Positions 45,993 through 55,254 of a stretch of 64,000 nt of DNA are shown piece by piece. Position 1 is the stretch's first letter. Each line of letters starts with the position of its first letter. The notes beneath the pieces are model-generated. The model saw only the letters and a program-made list of their open reading frames with translations, was not told the DNA's origin and ran no database searches. The stretch is from Minicystis rosea (GTDB taxonomy: Bacteria > Myxococcota_A > Polyangia > Polyangiales > Polyangiaceae). The stretch covers positions 4,311,573 to 4,375,572 of the forward strand of contig CP016211.1 in NCBI GenBank assembly GCA_001931535.1. Direction: 5' to 3'. The position numbers and the translations under genes are program-made.

Positions 45993-46587
45993 CGGAGCCC
46001 TCCAGCGCGCGGCGGAGCCGGCCCCGCACCTCGCACAGCGTCTGCCGCACGCGCTGAACGCTGAGGCCGAGCTTTTCGGCGGCCTCCGCGTGCGGCGCGT
46101 CCGGATCCTCGTAGACCGCTTGGAACACCCGGCGCGCCGCGGGCGAGCAGCGCGCGAGCTCCATCCGCGCCCGCTCGAGCTGCTCGCGCGCCACCATCGT
46201 CGTCTCGGCGTCCGCCGTCCGGTCCGCGATCGCCGCGAGCCGTCCGTCGTCCTCCACCGGCGTCTCCGTGTGCCTTCGCCGCGCGTCCTCGCGCGCGAAG
46301 AACGCCGCCTGGGCCACCGCCAGCCCCGGCAGCTCCAGCCGTTCGAGCTTCCCCGCGCGCTGCTGCTCGATGAGCCGCGCCCACGTCTCCTGCGCGATCT
46401 CGCGCGCCCGATCGATGCGCACCCCGCGCGCGAGCAGCGACAGCACGACCCGCCGATCGTGCCGCGCGATCAGCTCCTCCCATCCGCGCCGCTCCCCCGC
46501 GAGCGCGAGCGCGGCCGCCGCATGGCTGCCACGCGACGCGTCCTCAGCGTCCGGCAAGATGTCCCCCCACGCGGGAGCCGCGATCAT
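45985..46587 (-). CDS. ECF RNA polymerase sigma factor
   Basis: Region 2 (VLSLLARGVRIDRAREIAQETWARL) and region 4 HTH (EAAEKLGLSVQRVRQTLCEVRGRLRRAL). Coupled to the downstream anti-sigma gene. Confidence 0.85.
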   Translation of the reverse strand: MIAAPAWGDILPDAEDASRGSHAAAALALAGERRGWEELIARHDRRVVLSLLARGVRIDRAREIAQETWARLIEQQRAGKLERLELPGLAVAQAAFFAREDARRRHTETPVEDDGRLAAIADRTADAETTMVAREQLERARMELARCSPAARRVFQAVYEDPDAPHAEAAEKLGLSVQRVRQTLCEVRGRLRRALEGSDE

Positions 46588-46731
46588 GTCGCCAAGAACG
46601 GGGGACCCCGTCCGACATATCGGCCGGCCTCGTCGATTTTCGCGAAGGCCGTGTTCGTCCCGGAATCGCGCGCCCTCCGGCCCGACGGCTCGAGGCGCCC
46701 CGCATCGATCTCCCGCCCACGCCCGCGTTCA

Positions 46732-48342
46732 TCAGAAGCCCGGGACGATCCGCCCGAGGCGCCGCAGGAGCGCCTCCACGGGTGCCCACGCCGCGGCCTC
46801 CTTCGCGGTGGGATCACGCTCGATCTCGAGCGCCAGCCGGTGGAGGTGCCCCGCCAGCGCGCGCTCGGCGTCGCTGAGCGCGCCGTCGTAGCGCGCGTCG
46901 AGGAGGTGCTCCGTGGTCCCGCTCTGCGCGAGCACCGCGTCGAGGAAGATGGCGAGCCGGCGCGCGCTCGCCGCCCACGCGGCACGCCCGCCGCCCTGGG
47001 GCGGCGCGTTGGGATCCATCGTCACCCAGCCGAGATCCGTCCCCCACAAGGCCTGCGCCATCGGATCCGAGAAGAGCTCGAGCGCGGTGCCGAAGCGATC
47101 GCCGTCGACCGTCGGATCGCCGGGCTTCCGCCACGGCGTCCGCGCGCGCCGCACGGCGTCCGCGATGCGATGGAAGTTGTCGTCCTTGAGCGAGAACCCG
47201 ATGAACAGCATGTGCCGCGTCATCAGGAGCGCTTGCACGATGCCGGCGAGCGCCTGCCGCCGCTGGTCGTAACGGAGATAGTCCTCGCGCGTGAGCACGA
47301 TGTGATCGGGATCGGTCACGCACCCGTGCATCTTGAGAAGCCAGCGCCCGCGCCCGGCGATGGGCGCGTGCGGGAGGATGGCGAGCTCCTTCCCGATCGC
47401 GCGCGACGCCCGCTCGAAGAGCTCGTCGTAGTTGGTGGTCACGACCTCGCCGACCGGCAGCGCCGCGAGCAGCGCGTGCGCCATCGGCACCTCGATGCGC
47501 TCCGCGAACGCCTTGGCGATGGCCTGCCCGAGGTGCCGCCCTTCGGCCGGCGCGCGCCGCTCGAGGTGCATCTCCACGATGCGCGCCCGATCGAGCACGT
47601 GGAGCCGCGCGAGCCCCGCGATCTCCGCGTCGCCCATGCCCGCCTCCACCGCCAATTCGCTGAGCAGCGCCTCCCACCCCGGGAGCCCCGCGCCCATGCT
47701 CACGCCCGCGCCGAGGAACAGCGTGAGCCCGCCGCCCCGCGCCATCGCCGCGAGGCGCCCGCTCTCGGCCCAGAGCGTGTCGTCGAGCTCGGGCCACGCG
47801 CTCCGCGCCGCGCCTCGCTGCGCCTCCGCGGCCGCGAACGTCAGCGCCTCGTTGGTGACGAGCGCGATGTCGACGTCGAGCCTCTCCGCCTGCCGCCGCA
47901 GCACGGGGATGAGCTCGCGCACGATCTCGCCCGCCCGCCTGCGCGCGCCGCCGTGCCCGGTGCCCACCACGGGCAGCGCGAGCAACCGCTTCGCCCGATC
48001 GTGGCGCGGCGGCCGCCCACTCTTCGCGAGATCGTCGACGGCCCGCTCCAGGAACTCGACGGCGCCGCCGACGTACCACCCGGCCCCCGTCGTCGACGGC
48101 GCCCCCACGTTCACGAGCCACGGCCGCGGCAGATCGTCGGGCCACGCATCGACGCGCATCGCCCGCTGCTGCCCGGCGCGCCACTCCACCGTGTGCCGCG
48201 GCCAGCGCGGCGTCCCAACGCGCGCGCCGAGCGCCGCGAGCCACCGCCGCCCCGGCTGCGCGCGCATGTCGCAGGGCAGGAGCCACGCGTCGCACGCGAG
48301 CTGCGTGAGGTCACCGTGCACGATGAAGACGTGGCCGCTCAC
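46732..48342 (-). CDS. two-domain protein: N-terminal macro-like domain fused to a C-terminal SIR2_2 (defence-associated sirtuin-like, ThsA-type) domain
   Basis: C-terminal SIR2_2 motifs: LTLFLGAGVSMGAGLPGWEALL, VVTTNYDELFERA, LLKMHGCVTDPDHIVLTREDYLRY, FIGFSLKDDNF. N-terminal roughly 190 aa has HVFIVHGDLTQLACDAWLLPCD and LPVVGTGHGGARRRAGEIVRELIPVL, resembling macro-domain GDIT...DAIVNAAN and the P-loop-like Gly-rich segment. GTG start. Confidence 0.75.
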   Translation of the reverse strand: MSGHVFIVHGDLTQLACDAWLLPCDMRAQPGRRWLAALGARVGTPRWPRHTVEWRAGQQRAMRVDAWPDDLPRPWLVNVGAPSTTGAGWYVGGAVEFLERAVDDLAKSGRPPRHDRAKRLLALPVVGTGHGGARRRAGEIVRELIPVLRRQAERLDVDIALVTNEALTFAAAEAQRGAARSAWPELDDTLWAESGRLAAMARGGGLTLFLGAGVSMGAGLPGWEALLSELAVEAGMGDAEIAGLARLHVLDRARIVEMHLERRAPAEGRHLGQAIAKAFAERIEVPMAHALLAALPVGEVVTTNYDELFERASRAIGKELAILPHAPIAGRGRWLLKMHGCVTDPDHIVLTREDYLRYDQRRQALAGIVQALLMTRHMLFIGFSLKDDNFHRIADAVRRARTPWRKPGDPTVDGDRFGTALELFSDPMAQALWGTDLGWVTMDPNAPPQGGGRAAWAASARRLAIFLDAVLAQSGTTEHLLDARYDGALSDAERALAGHLHRLALEIERDPTAKEAAAWAPVEALLRRLGRIVPGF

Positions 48343-48780
48343 GGAGCCAGACTAATGCGAGGAGCAGGCGCCCCGCACGGTGAGAAGAGGCAACCGAGGG
48401 CGCGACGACGTGACGATGCGGAAAGGCAGGCCGCGTAGGCATCCCGCCGCGGTGCTTGGAGTCACCTCGCCGCACTGCGCGCTCCCGCTCGTGGACGCAC
48501 GCGGGCAAGCGACCGCCGGCCCGCGCGCCAGCCTCTCGTCAAAAGGAGCACTGCGTCTGCATCGCCGAGCCTTCGTTTCACCCTCGACGGCTCTCCGGAA
48601 AGGCGTCCGGGCTCCGCGCATCGCGCCCCGAGCGCTCGCCATGTCTGGGCTCCGGCCGGCAGCGCCACCGACGGAGCCGTGACGCCGGCCGCGCCGTGCG
48701 CCGCTCGCGCCGAGGCATCACCCGTGCGCAGCGGCAAACAACGCGCCCTCCCAGAGCAGCCCACCCCGACCTGTGCTCCC

Positions 48781-49181
48781 CGAGCCACTTCCCTCGTCGT
48801 AAATCCCCGATCCTGCGCGCCCGCCACCACTTCCACCGTCGTAAGCGCCCAATCCCCTGCTCCCGCGACCACTTCCACCGTCGTAAGCGCCCAATCCCCT
48901 GCTCCCGCGACCACTTCCACCGTCGTAAACGCCCAATCCCCCGCTCCTCGGGCCGCTGCCCTCGTTGGAAGTCCGCGCGCCTCGACTCCTGCAGCGACTT
49001 CCAACGTCGCAAGTGCCGATTCGCGTGCTCGCCCAAACCCTTCCATCGTTGAACGTGCCGATCCCTCAGCGCTCTCGCCGACTTTCACCGTTGTAGGCGC
49101 CGACACCCGCGCTCCTCCGAGCACTTCCATCGTTGGAAGCGCTCGCGCCTCGACACATCGACCAACGCACCTCGTCCGACG
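48781..49181. repeat. about 9.5 tandem copies of a degenerate 42-bp unit (consensus cgcccaatcccctgctcccgcgaccacttccaccgtcgtaag), a minisatellite
   Basis: Unit boundaries at 48804, 48846, 48888, 48930, 48972, 49014, 49056, 49098, 49140. Units diverge progressively and there are no unique spacers. Open in 5 of 6 frames because 42 = 14 codons. Confidence 0.75.
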
Positions 49182-49577
49182 CGCCCGATCTCTCGCGAAG
49201 GCAGCGCCGAGCACCGGCGCAGGTCGCCGGCGGCGTGCCCTGCATGCAACCTCCCACCATGGGAACATCGCCCGAGCGGCATCCGCACGCGATGCGCTGC
49301 GCGGTCGTGGGCCGGCTCGCGCGCGCGGTGCGGGTTCCATCGCCGCGCGCCGTGTGATCCGCTACGACCGCGGGAGCACCGGCCTCGGACTTCGTCGCCG
49401 GGGCCCGCATCGTCGCTCCATGCTTCACGTACCTGCCCTGCTCCCTGCCCTTGCGCCCGGTCACGGCGTGCTCGCCTTCGCACGGCGCGAGGAGCGCACC
49501 GTTCTCGTCGGTGTGCGCGCCGCGAGCCCGCTCAAGATCCTCACGCCCAAGAACCACGGTCACGGCGCGTGGGCGAT
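48841..49577. repeat. copy 1 of a 737-bp perfect tandem duplication (copy 2 = 49578..50314)
   Basis: Six-frame ORFs 48462..49340 vs 49541..50077, 49133..49357 vs 49870..50094, and 49085..49483 vs 49822..50220 translate identically, with a constant +737 offset. Junction is gggcgat|gtaagc at 49577/49578. Confidence 0.75.
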
Positions 49578-49581
49578 GTAA
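49420..49581 (+). pseudogene. ureD: truncated duplicate of the ureD 5' end (53 codons), terminated at the duplication junction
   Basis: [52 protein letters not shown], then M and a stop. Identical to the N-terminus of the intact ureD in copy 2. Confidence 0.5.
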
Positions 49582-50314
49582 GCGCCCAATCCCCTGCTCC
49601 CGCGACCACTTCCACCGTCGTAAGCGCCCAATCCCCTGCTCCCGCGACCACTTCCACCGTCGTAAACGCCCAATCCCCCGCTCCTCGGGCCGCTGCCCTC
49701 GTTGGAAGTCCGCGCGCCTCGACTCCTGCAGCGACTTCCAACGTCGCAAGTGCCGATTCGCGTGCTCGCCCAAACCCTTCCATCGTTGAACGTGCCGATC
49801 CCTCAGCGCTCTCGCCGACTTTCACCGTTGTAGGCGCCGACACCCGCGCTCCTCCGAGCACTTCCATCGTTGGAAGCGCTCGCGCCTCGACACATCGACC
49901 AACGCACCTCGTCCGACGCGCCCGATCTCTCGCGAAGGCAGCGCCGAGCACCGGCGCAGGTCGCCGGCGGCGTGCCCTGCATGCAACCTCCCACCATGGG
50001 AACATCGCCCGAGCGGCATCCGCACGCGATGCGCTGCGCGGTCGTGGGCCGGCTCGCGCGCGCGGTGCGGGTTCCATCGCCGCGCGCCGTGTGATCCGCT
50101 ACGACCGCGGGAGCACCGGCCTCGGACTTCGTCGCCGGGGCCCGCATCGTCGCTCCATGCTTCACGTACCTGCCCTGCTCCCTGCCCTTGCGCCCGGTCA
50201 CGGCGTGCTCGCCTTCGCACGGCGCGAGGAGCGCACCGTTCTCGTCGGTGTGCGCGCCGCGAGCCCGCTCAAGATCCTCACGCCCAAGAACCACGGTCAC
50301 GGCGCGTGGGCGAT
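49578..50314. repeat. copy 2 of the 737-bp tandem duplication (includes a second partial 42-bp array at 49578..49918 and the intact ureD start)
   Basis: See copy 1. Confidence 0.75.
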
Positions 50315-50987
50315 CGTGGCCACGTTCGGCGGTGGGCTCGTCGACGGCGACAGCATCCACCTCGACGTCGAGCTGGCGGAGGGCACGGCGGCGCTGCTCG
50401 GTACGCAGGCCTCGACCAAGGTCTATCGCTGCCCGACGAGCACGTGCCACCAAGCGCTCGACGCGCGGGTCGGCGAGGGCGCGCTCCTCGTGAGCGTCCC
50501 CGATCCGGTCGCGTGCTTCGCCACCGCGCGCTACGAGCAGGTGAACCGCGTCGCGCTGGCGAAGACGGCGTCACTCGTCCTCCTCGACACGTTCACGTCG
50601 GGCCGCGCCGCGCGCGGTGAGCGCTGGGATTTTCATCGCTACGCCGCGCGCACCCTCATCGACCGCGACGGCACGCCCTGGCTGCGCGACTCCATCGTCC
50701 TCGACCCCGAGCAAGGCGATCTCCACGCGCGCATGGGGCGCTTCGACGCGTATGCGACGCTCGTGATGGTGGGGCCGCGTGTCGCGCCCCTCGTCGAAGC
50801 GGCGCGGGTGTCTCCGGCGCCGGCACGGCGCGGCGGCATCGCGCACGCCGCGAGCGCGCTCGGCGACGATGGCATCGTGGTCCGCATCGCAGGCACGTCG
50901 GTCGAGGACGTGACGCGCGCCGCCCGCGGCGTTCTCGCTGGCCTCCCAAGCATTCTCGGAGACGATCCCTTCGCACGAAAGTGGTGA
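50157..50987 (+). CDS. ureD: urease accessory protein UreD (UreH)
   Basis: ...[26 protein letters not shown]...[39 protein letters not shown] matches the UreD family. Start taken at the ATG at 50157; the ORF is open from 49569 through the repeat array. Confidence 0.8.
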   Translation: MLHVPALLPALAPGHGVLAFARREERTVLVGVRAASPLKILTPKNHGHGAWAIVATFGGGLVDGDSIHLDVELAEGTAALLGTQASTKVYRCPTSTCHQALDARVGEGALLVSVPDPVACFATARYEQVNRVALAKTASLVLLDTFTSGRAARGERWDFHRYAARTLIDRDGTPWLRDSIVLDPEQGDLHARMGRFDAYATLVMVGPRVAPLVEAARVSPAPARRGGIAHAASALGDDGIVVRIAGTSVEDVTRAARGVLAGLPSILGDDPFARKW

Positions 50988-51024
50988 CTTCGTTGACGCG
51001 TCGCGACAGGATCCATCGCGGACG

Positions 51025-51807
51025 ATGCGACTATCACCACGCGAAGTCGACAAGCTCCTCCTCCACAACGCCGGCTTCCTCGCCCAGAAGCGGCTCGCGC
51101 GCGGGCTGCGCCTCAACCATCCGGAGGCGATCGCGCTCATCGCCACCCAGATCCTCGAGCTGATTCGCGACGGGCGGCGCGTCGCCGAGCTCATGGATCT
51201 CGGCCGGCGCATGCTCGGCCGCCGGCAGGTGATGAGCGGCGTCGCGGAGATGATTCACGAGGTCCAGGTCGAGGGCACCTTCCCCGACGGGACCAAGCTC
51301 GTGACCGTGCACGATCCCATCAGCGCCGAGGACGGCGATCTCGACCTCGCGCTCTACGGGAGCTTCCTCCCCGTGCCCTCGCTCGATCGCTTCGCCGCGC
51401 CCGAGCACGGGAAGCCGGTGGTGCCCGGCGAGCGCTTCATCGCGCCCGGTGAGATCGTGCTCAACGAGGGGCGCCGCGAGCTGTCGCTGACGGTGACGAA
51501 CCGCGGCGACCGTCCCATCCAGGTCGGGAGCCACTACCCGTTCACCGAGACCAACCGCGCCCTCGACTTCGATCGCGCGCAGGCGGCGGGCATGCGGCTC
51601 GACATTCCCGCGGGCGCGGCGGTGCGCTTCGAGCCGGGCGAGAGCAAGACCGTGCGCCTCATCGCGGTGTCGGGCAGGGCGTGGCGCGAGACGCCGGGCG
51701 ACGAGCGCGCCGAGCTGCTGGCGCACGCGGTCCCGCACGCGCTCGATGGGGGCGGCTACGCCGAGCGAGCGAGCGCCCCGACCCACCGCAAGGGAGGAGC
51801 CTCGTGA
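51025..51807 (+). CDS. ureAB: urease gamma/beta fused subunit
   Basis: N-terminus [39 protein letters not shown] (gamma, UreA). C-terminal half [43 protein letters not shown] (beta, UreB). Confidence 0.9.
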   Translation: MRLSPREVDKLLLHNAGFLAQKRLARGLRLNHPEAIALIATQILELIRDGRRVAELMDLGRRMLGRRQVMSGVAEMIHEVQVEGTFPDGTKLVTVHDPISAEDGDLDLALYGSFLPVPSLDRFAAPEHGKPVVPGERFIAPGEIVLNEGRRELSLTVTNRGDRPIQVGSHYPFTETNRALDFDRAQAAGMRLDIPAGAAVRFEPGESKTVRLIAVSGRAWRETPGDERAELLAHAVPHALDGGGYAERASAPTHRKGGAS

Positions 51808-53519
51808 GCCATCGCATCCGACGCCAGCACTACGCCGACATGTACGGGCCCACCAAGGGCGACCGCGTGCGGCTCGGCGACACCGGCCTCATCCTCGAGA
51901 TCGAGCACGATCACACGACCTACGGCGACGAGTGCAAGTTCGGCGGCGGCAAGGTGCTCCGCGATCGCATGGGCCAGATGGGCGGGCTCGACGACAGCCG
52001 CGCGCTCGACGTGGTCATCACCAACGCGCTCGTGGTCGATTGGTCCGGCATCTACAAGGCCGACATCGGCATCAAGAACGGGCGCATCGTCGGCATCGGC
52101 AAGGCCGGCAACCCGGACGTGATGGGCGGCGTCTACTCGCGCATGCTGATCGGCGTGACCACGGAGGCCATCGCGGGCGAGGGCTTGATCCTCACCGCCG
52201 GCGGCGTCGACACGCACGTGCACTTCATCTGCCCGCAGCAGGCCTACGAGGCGATCGCCAGCGGCGTCACCACCTTCGTCGGCGGCGGCACCGGCCCCGC
52301 CACGGGCACGTGCGCCACCACGTGCACGCCCGGCGCGCGCCACATCGAGCTGATGCTCCAAGCCACCGACGCGCTGCCCATCAACATCGGCCTCACCGGC
52401 AAGGGCAACACCTCGATGTCGAACGGCCTCCGCGATCAGATCCGCGCGGGCGCCGTGGGCCTCAAGCTCCACGAGGATTGGGGCACCACGCCGGCCGCGA
52501 TCGACTGCTGCCTCGGCATCGCCGAGGAAGAGGACGTGCAGGTCACCATCCACACCGACACGCTCAACGAGTCGGGCTACGTGGACGACTCCATCGCCGC
52601 CTTCAAGGGCCGCACCATCCACACGTACCACACGGAGGGCGCCGGCGGCGGCCACGCGCCCGACATCATCCGCGTGTGCGGCGAGCCCAACGTCATCCCG
52701 AGCTCGACCAACCCCACGCGCCCGCACACGGTGAACACGCTCGACGAGCACCTCGACATGCTCATGGTGTGTCACCACCTCGATCGCGAGATCCCCGAGG
52801 ACGTGGCCTTCGCCGAGAGCCGCATCCGCGGCGAGACCATCGCCGCCGAGGACGTGCTCCACGATCTCGGCGCCATCAGCATCATCTCCAGCGACAGCCA
52901 GGCGATGGGCCGCGTCGGCGAGGTCATCACCCGCACGTGGCAGACCGCCGACAAGATGCGCGGGCAGCGCGGCCGCCTCGCCCTGGAGCGCGGCGACAAC
53001 GACAACCTCCGCATCCGCCGCTACATCGCGAAATACACGGTGAACCCCGCCGTCGCGCACGGGCTCTCGCACGAGATCGGCTCGATCGAGATCGGCAAGT
53101 GGGCCGACCTCGTGCTGTGGCGGCCGGACATGTTCGGCATCAAACCCGAGATGGTGCTGAAGGGCGGCTTCGTGGCCTGGTCGCAGATGGGCGACGCCAA
53201 CGCGTCCATCCCCACGCCCGAGCCCGTGATCATGCGGCCGATGTTCGGCGCGCTCGGCCGCGCCACCGGCGCGACCAGCATCGCCTTCGTGTCGCAGCGC
53301 GCGTTCGAGGAAGGGAACATCCGCGCCCTCGGGCTCGGCAAGCGGATCTCCCCCGTCTCGCGCTGCCGCGGCATCGGCAAGCGCGACATGCGTCTCAACG
53401 ACGCCTTGCCGAAGATCACGGTCGACCCGGAGACGTACGAGGTCCGCGCCGACGGCGAGCTGCTCCGGCACGAGCCCGTCGCCTTCCTCCCGCTCGCGCA
53501 ACGCTACAGCCTCTTCTGA
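51804..53519 (+). CDS. ureC: urease alpha subunit
   Basis: GTG start overlapping the ureAB stop (GTGA), with AGGGAGGAG upstream. [52 protein letters not shown] nickel-site motifs. Confidence 0.9.
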   Translation: MSHRIRRQHYADMYGPTKGDRVRLGDTGLILEIEHDHTTYGDECKFGGGKVLRDRMGQMGGLDDSRALDVVITNALVVDWSGIYKADIGIKNGRIVGIGKAGNPDVMGGVYSRMLIGVTTEAIAGEGLILTAGGVDTHVHFICPQQAYEAIASGVTTFVGGGTGPATGTCATTCTPGARHIELMLQATDALPINIGLTGKGNTSMSNGLRDQIRAGAVGLKLHEDWGTTPAAIDCCLGIAEEEDVQVTIHTDTLNESGYVDDSIAAFKGRTIHTYHTEGAGGGHAPDIIRVCGEPNVIPSSTNPTRPHTVNTLDEHLDMLMVCHHLDREIPEDVAFAESRIRGETIAAEDVLHDLGAISIISSDSQAMGRVGEVITRTWQTADKMRGQRGRLALERGDNDNLRIRRYIAKYTVNPAVAHGLSHEIGSIEIGKWADLVLWRPDMFGIKPEMVLKGGFVAWSQMGDANASIPTPEPVIMRPMFGALGRATGATSIAFVSQRAFEEGNIRALGLGKRISPVSRCRGIGKRDMRLNDALPKITVDPETYEVRADGELLRHEPVAFLPLAQRYSLF

Positions 53520-53521
53520 TC

Positions 53522-54265
53522 GTGAGCGCGTGGCTCCTGCTCCAGCTCGCCGACTCGGCGTTCCCGGCCGGCGGCTTCGCGCACTCCGCGGGCCTCGAAG
53601 CCGCCGCCCAGCTCGGTGAGGTGAGCGGCGCCGCCGGGCTGCGTCGCTTCTGCGAAGAGTCCCTCTGGCAGGCGGGCCTCGGCGCGCTCCCCTTCGTGCG
53701 CGCGGCCCACGCCGCCGCCGTCGAGCCCCCGCGGGCCGACGGCGACACGCCGCTCGCTCCAACACCGCCGCGACCGTCGGAGAGCGGGCCTCTCCGCGCG
53801 GCACGCGTCGCCGGCATCGACGTCCACTGCCACGCCTTCCTCGCGAACCACGTCGCCAACCGCGCGAGCCGCACGCAGGGTCGCGCCTTCGCGGCGACGG
53901 TGGCGCGCGTGTTCCCGCGGCCCGAGGTCACCTGGATCGAAGAGGCGGTCCGCGCCCGCACGCTGCACGGACACCACGCGCCCGTTTACGGCGCGGCGCT
54001 CGCGTCGCTCGGCGTGAGCGCCTCGGAAGCGCAGCGCCTCTTCCTCCACCAGGGTCTGCGCGGCGTCACCTCGGCGGCGGTGCGGCTCGGGCTCCTCGGC
54101 CCGCACGAAGCGCAGCGCATGCAGCACGATCTCGGCTCCCTCGCGGACGACGTGCTTTCGCGCTGCGCGCACCTCTCCTTGGATGAAGCGGCGCAGCCGG
54201 CACCGCTCCTCGATCTGTTCGGCGCCATGCACGACCGGCTCTACGCACGTCTCTTCCAGAGTTGA
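53522..54265 (+). CDS. ureF: urease accessory protein UreF
   Basis: GTG 2 nt after the ureC stop. [21 protein letters not shown] signature. Confidence 0.85.
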   Translation: MSAWLLLQLADSAFPAGGFAHSAGLEAAAQLGEVSGAAGLRRFCEESLWQAGLGALPFVRAAHAAAVEPPRADGDTPLAPTPPRPSESGPLRAARVAGIDVHCHAFLANHVANRASRTQGRAFAATVARVFPRPEVTWIEEAVRARTLHGHHAPVYGAALASLGVSASEAQRLFLHQGLRGVTSAAVRLGLLGPHEAQRMQHDLGSLADDVLSRCAHLSLDEAAQPAPLLDLFGAMHDRLYARLFQS

Positions 54266-54300
54266 GATCCAGGCTGTCTCGATCACGCTCCGAGGTCCCC

Positions 54301-55092
54301 ATGCCCCCGCACGATCCTCCCCACGGCCACCCGCACGATCACGACCACGCGCACGCTCACGATCACCCGCACGACCATCACGACCACGATCACCCGCACG
54401 ACCACGAGCACGAGCACTGGACGCACCCGGGCCTGTTCCGCGAGCGCGACCGCCCGCTCGCGCGGGACTACGCGGCGCGCTCGTTCACCATCGGGATCGG
54501 CGGGCCCGTAGGCAGCGGGAAGACGGCGCTCGTCCTCGCGCTCTGCCGCGCGCTCCGCGACACGTATCGCCTGGGCGTCGTGACCAACGACATCTTCACG
54601 CGCGAAGACGCCGAGTTCCTCCACCGGAACCAGGCCCTGCCGGCGCCGCACATCCGCGCGGTGGAGACAGGCGGCTGCCCGCACGCGGCCATCCGCGAGG
54701 ACATCAGCCACAACCTGCTCGCGCTCGAGCAGCTCATGGAGGAGGTGAAGCCCGAGCTGTTGTTCGTGGAGAGCGGCGGCGACAACCTGGCGGCGCAGTA
54801 CAGCCGCGAGCTCGTCGACTACACCATCTACGTCATCGACGTGGCCGGCGGCGACAAGGTCCCGCGCAAGGGCGGGCCGGGGATCACGCAGAGCGACCTG
54901 CTCGTGATCAACAAGATCGATCTCGCGCCCCACGTCGGCGCCGATCTCGGCGTCATGGATCGCGACGCCCGCCGCATGCGCGGCGACGGCCCCACCGTGT
55001 TCGCCCAGGTGAACGGCGGCAAGGGCGTGCCCGAGATCGCGGAGCATGTGCTCGCCGCCTGGCGCGAAGCGCTGGCCGAGCGCAGCACCTGA
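54301..55092 (+). CDS. ureG: urease accessory GTPase UreG with a His-rich N-terminal extension
   Basis: [36 protein letters not shown] tract, then a P-loop ([13 protein letters not shown]), ESGGDNL, and NKIDL motifs. Confidence 0.9.
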   Translation: MPPHDPPHGHPHDHDHAHAHDHPHDHHDHDHPHDHEHEHWTHPGLFRERDRPLARDYAARSFTIGIGGPVGSGKTALVLALCRALRDTYRLGVVTNDIFTREDAEFLHRNQALPAPHIRAVETGGCPHAAIREDISHNLLALEQLMEEVKPELLFVESGGDNLAAQYSRELVDYTIYVIDVAGGDKVPRKGGPGITQSDLLVINKIDLAPHVGADLGVMDRDARRMRGDGPTVFAQVNGGKGVPEIAEHVLAAWREALAERST

Positions 55093-55254
55093 TCTCCTCG
55101 GCCGCTCTTCACGTCCGCGGCGGCATAGGGACTTCGACGAGCCGGCCGCGAGAGCGGCGGCGGGAGCGCTCTCCGCTCCTTGCCTCCCGCGGCACCGAAG
55201 CCCGTTCTCCATCGGCGCGCACCACACGCGAACGCACCTGATACCCTCGCGGCG

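Noticed and set aside
46588-46731. ECF-type promoter upstream of the sigma gene at 46587
   Set aside because: I could not find a convincing GGAAC-N16/17-CGTC pair by eye. Left uncalled.
48456-49581. Repeat-protein ORFs across the 42-bp array (for example 48679..49581 +, 48462..49340 -)
   Set aside because: Open frames are a trivial consequence of a 14-codon repeat period in GC-rich DNA. Five of six frames are open and none has an RBS or sensible protein features. Only the ureD portion at the 3' end is credible.
48781-49918. Possible CRISPR array
   Set aside because: The 42-bp units are contiguous, with no unique spacers, and degenerate progressively. No cas genes nearby. Classified as a minisatellite.
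49569-50156. N-terminal extension of ureD through the repeat array (ORF opening at 49569)
   Set aside because: The UreD family N-terminus aligns from MLHVPALL (50157). The extension is repeat-derived low-complexity sequence.
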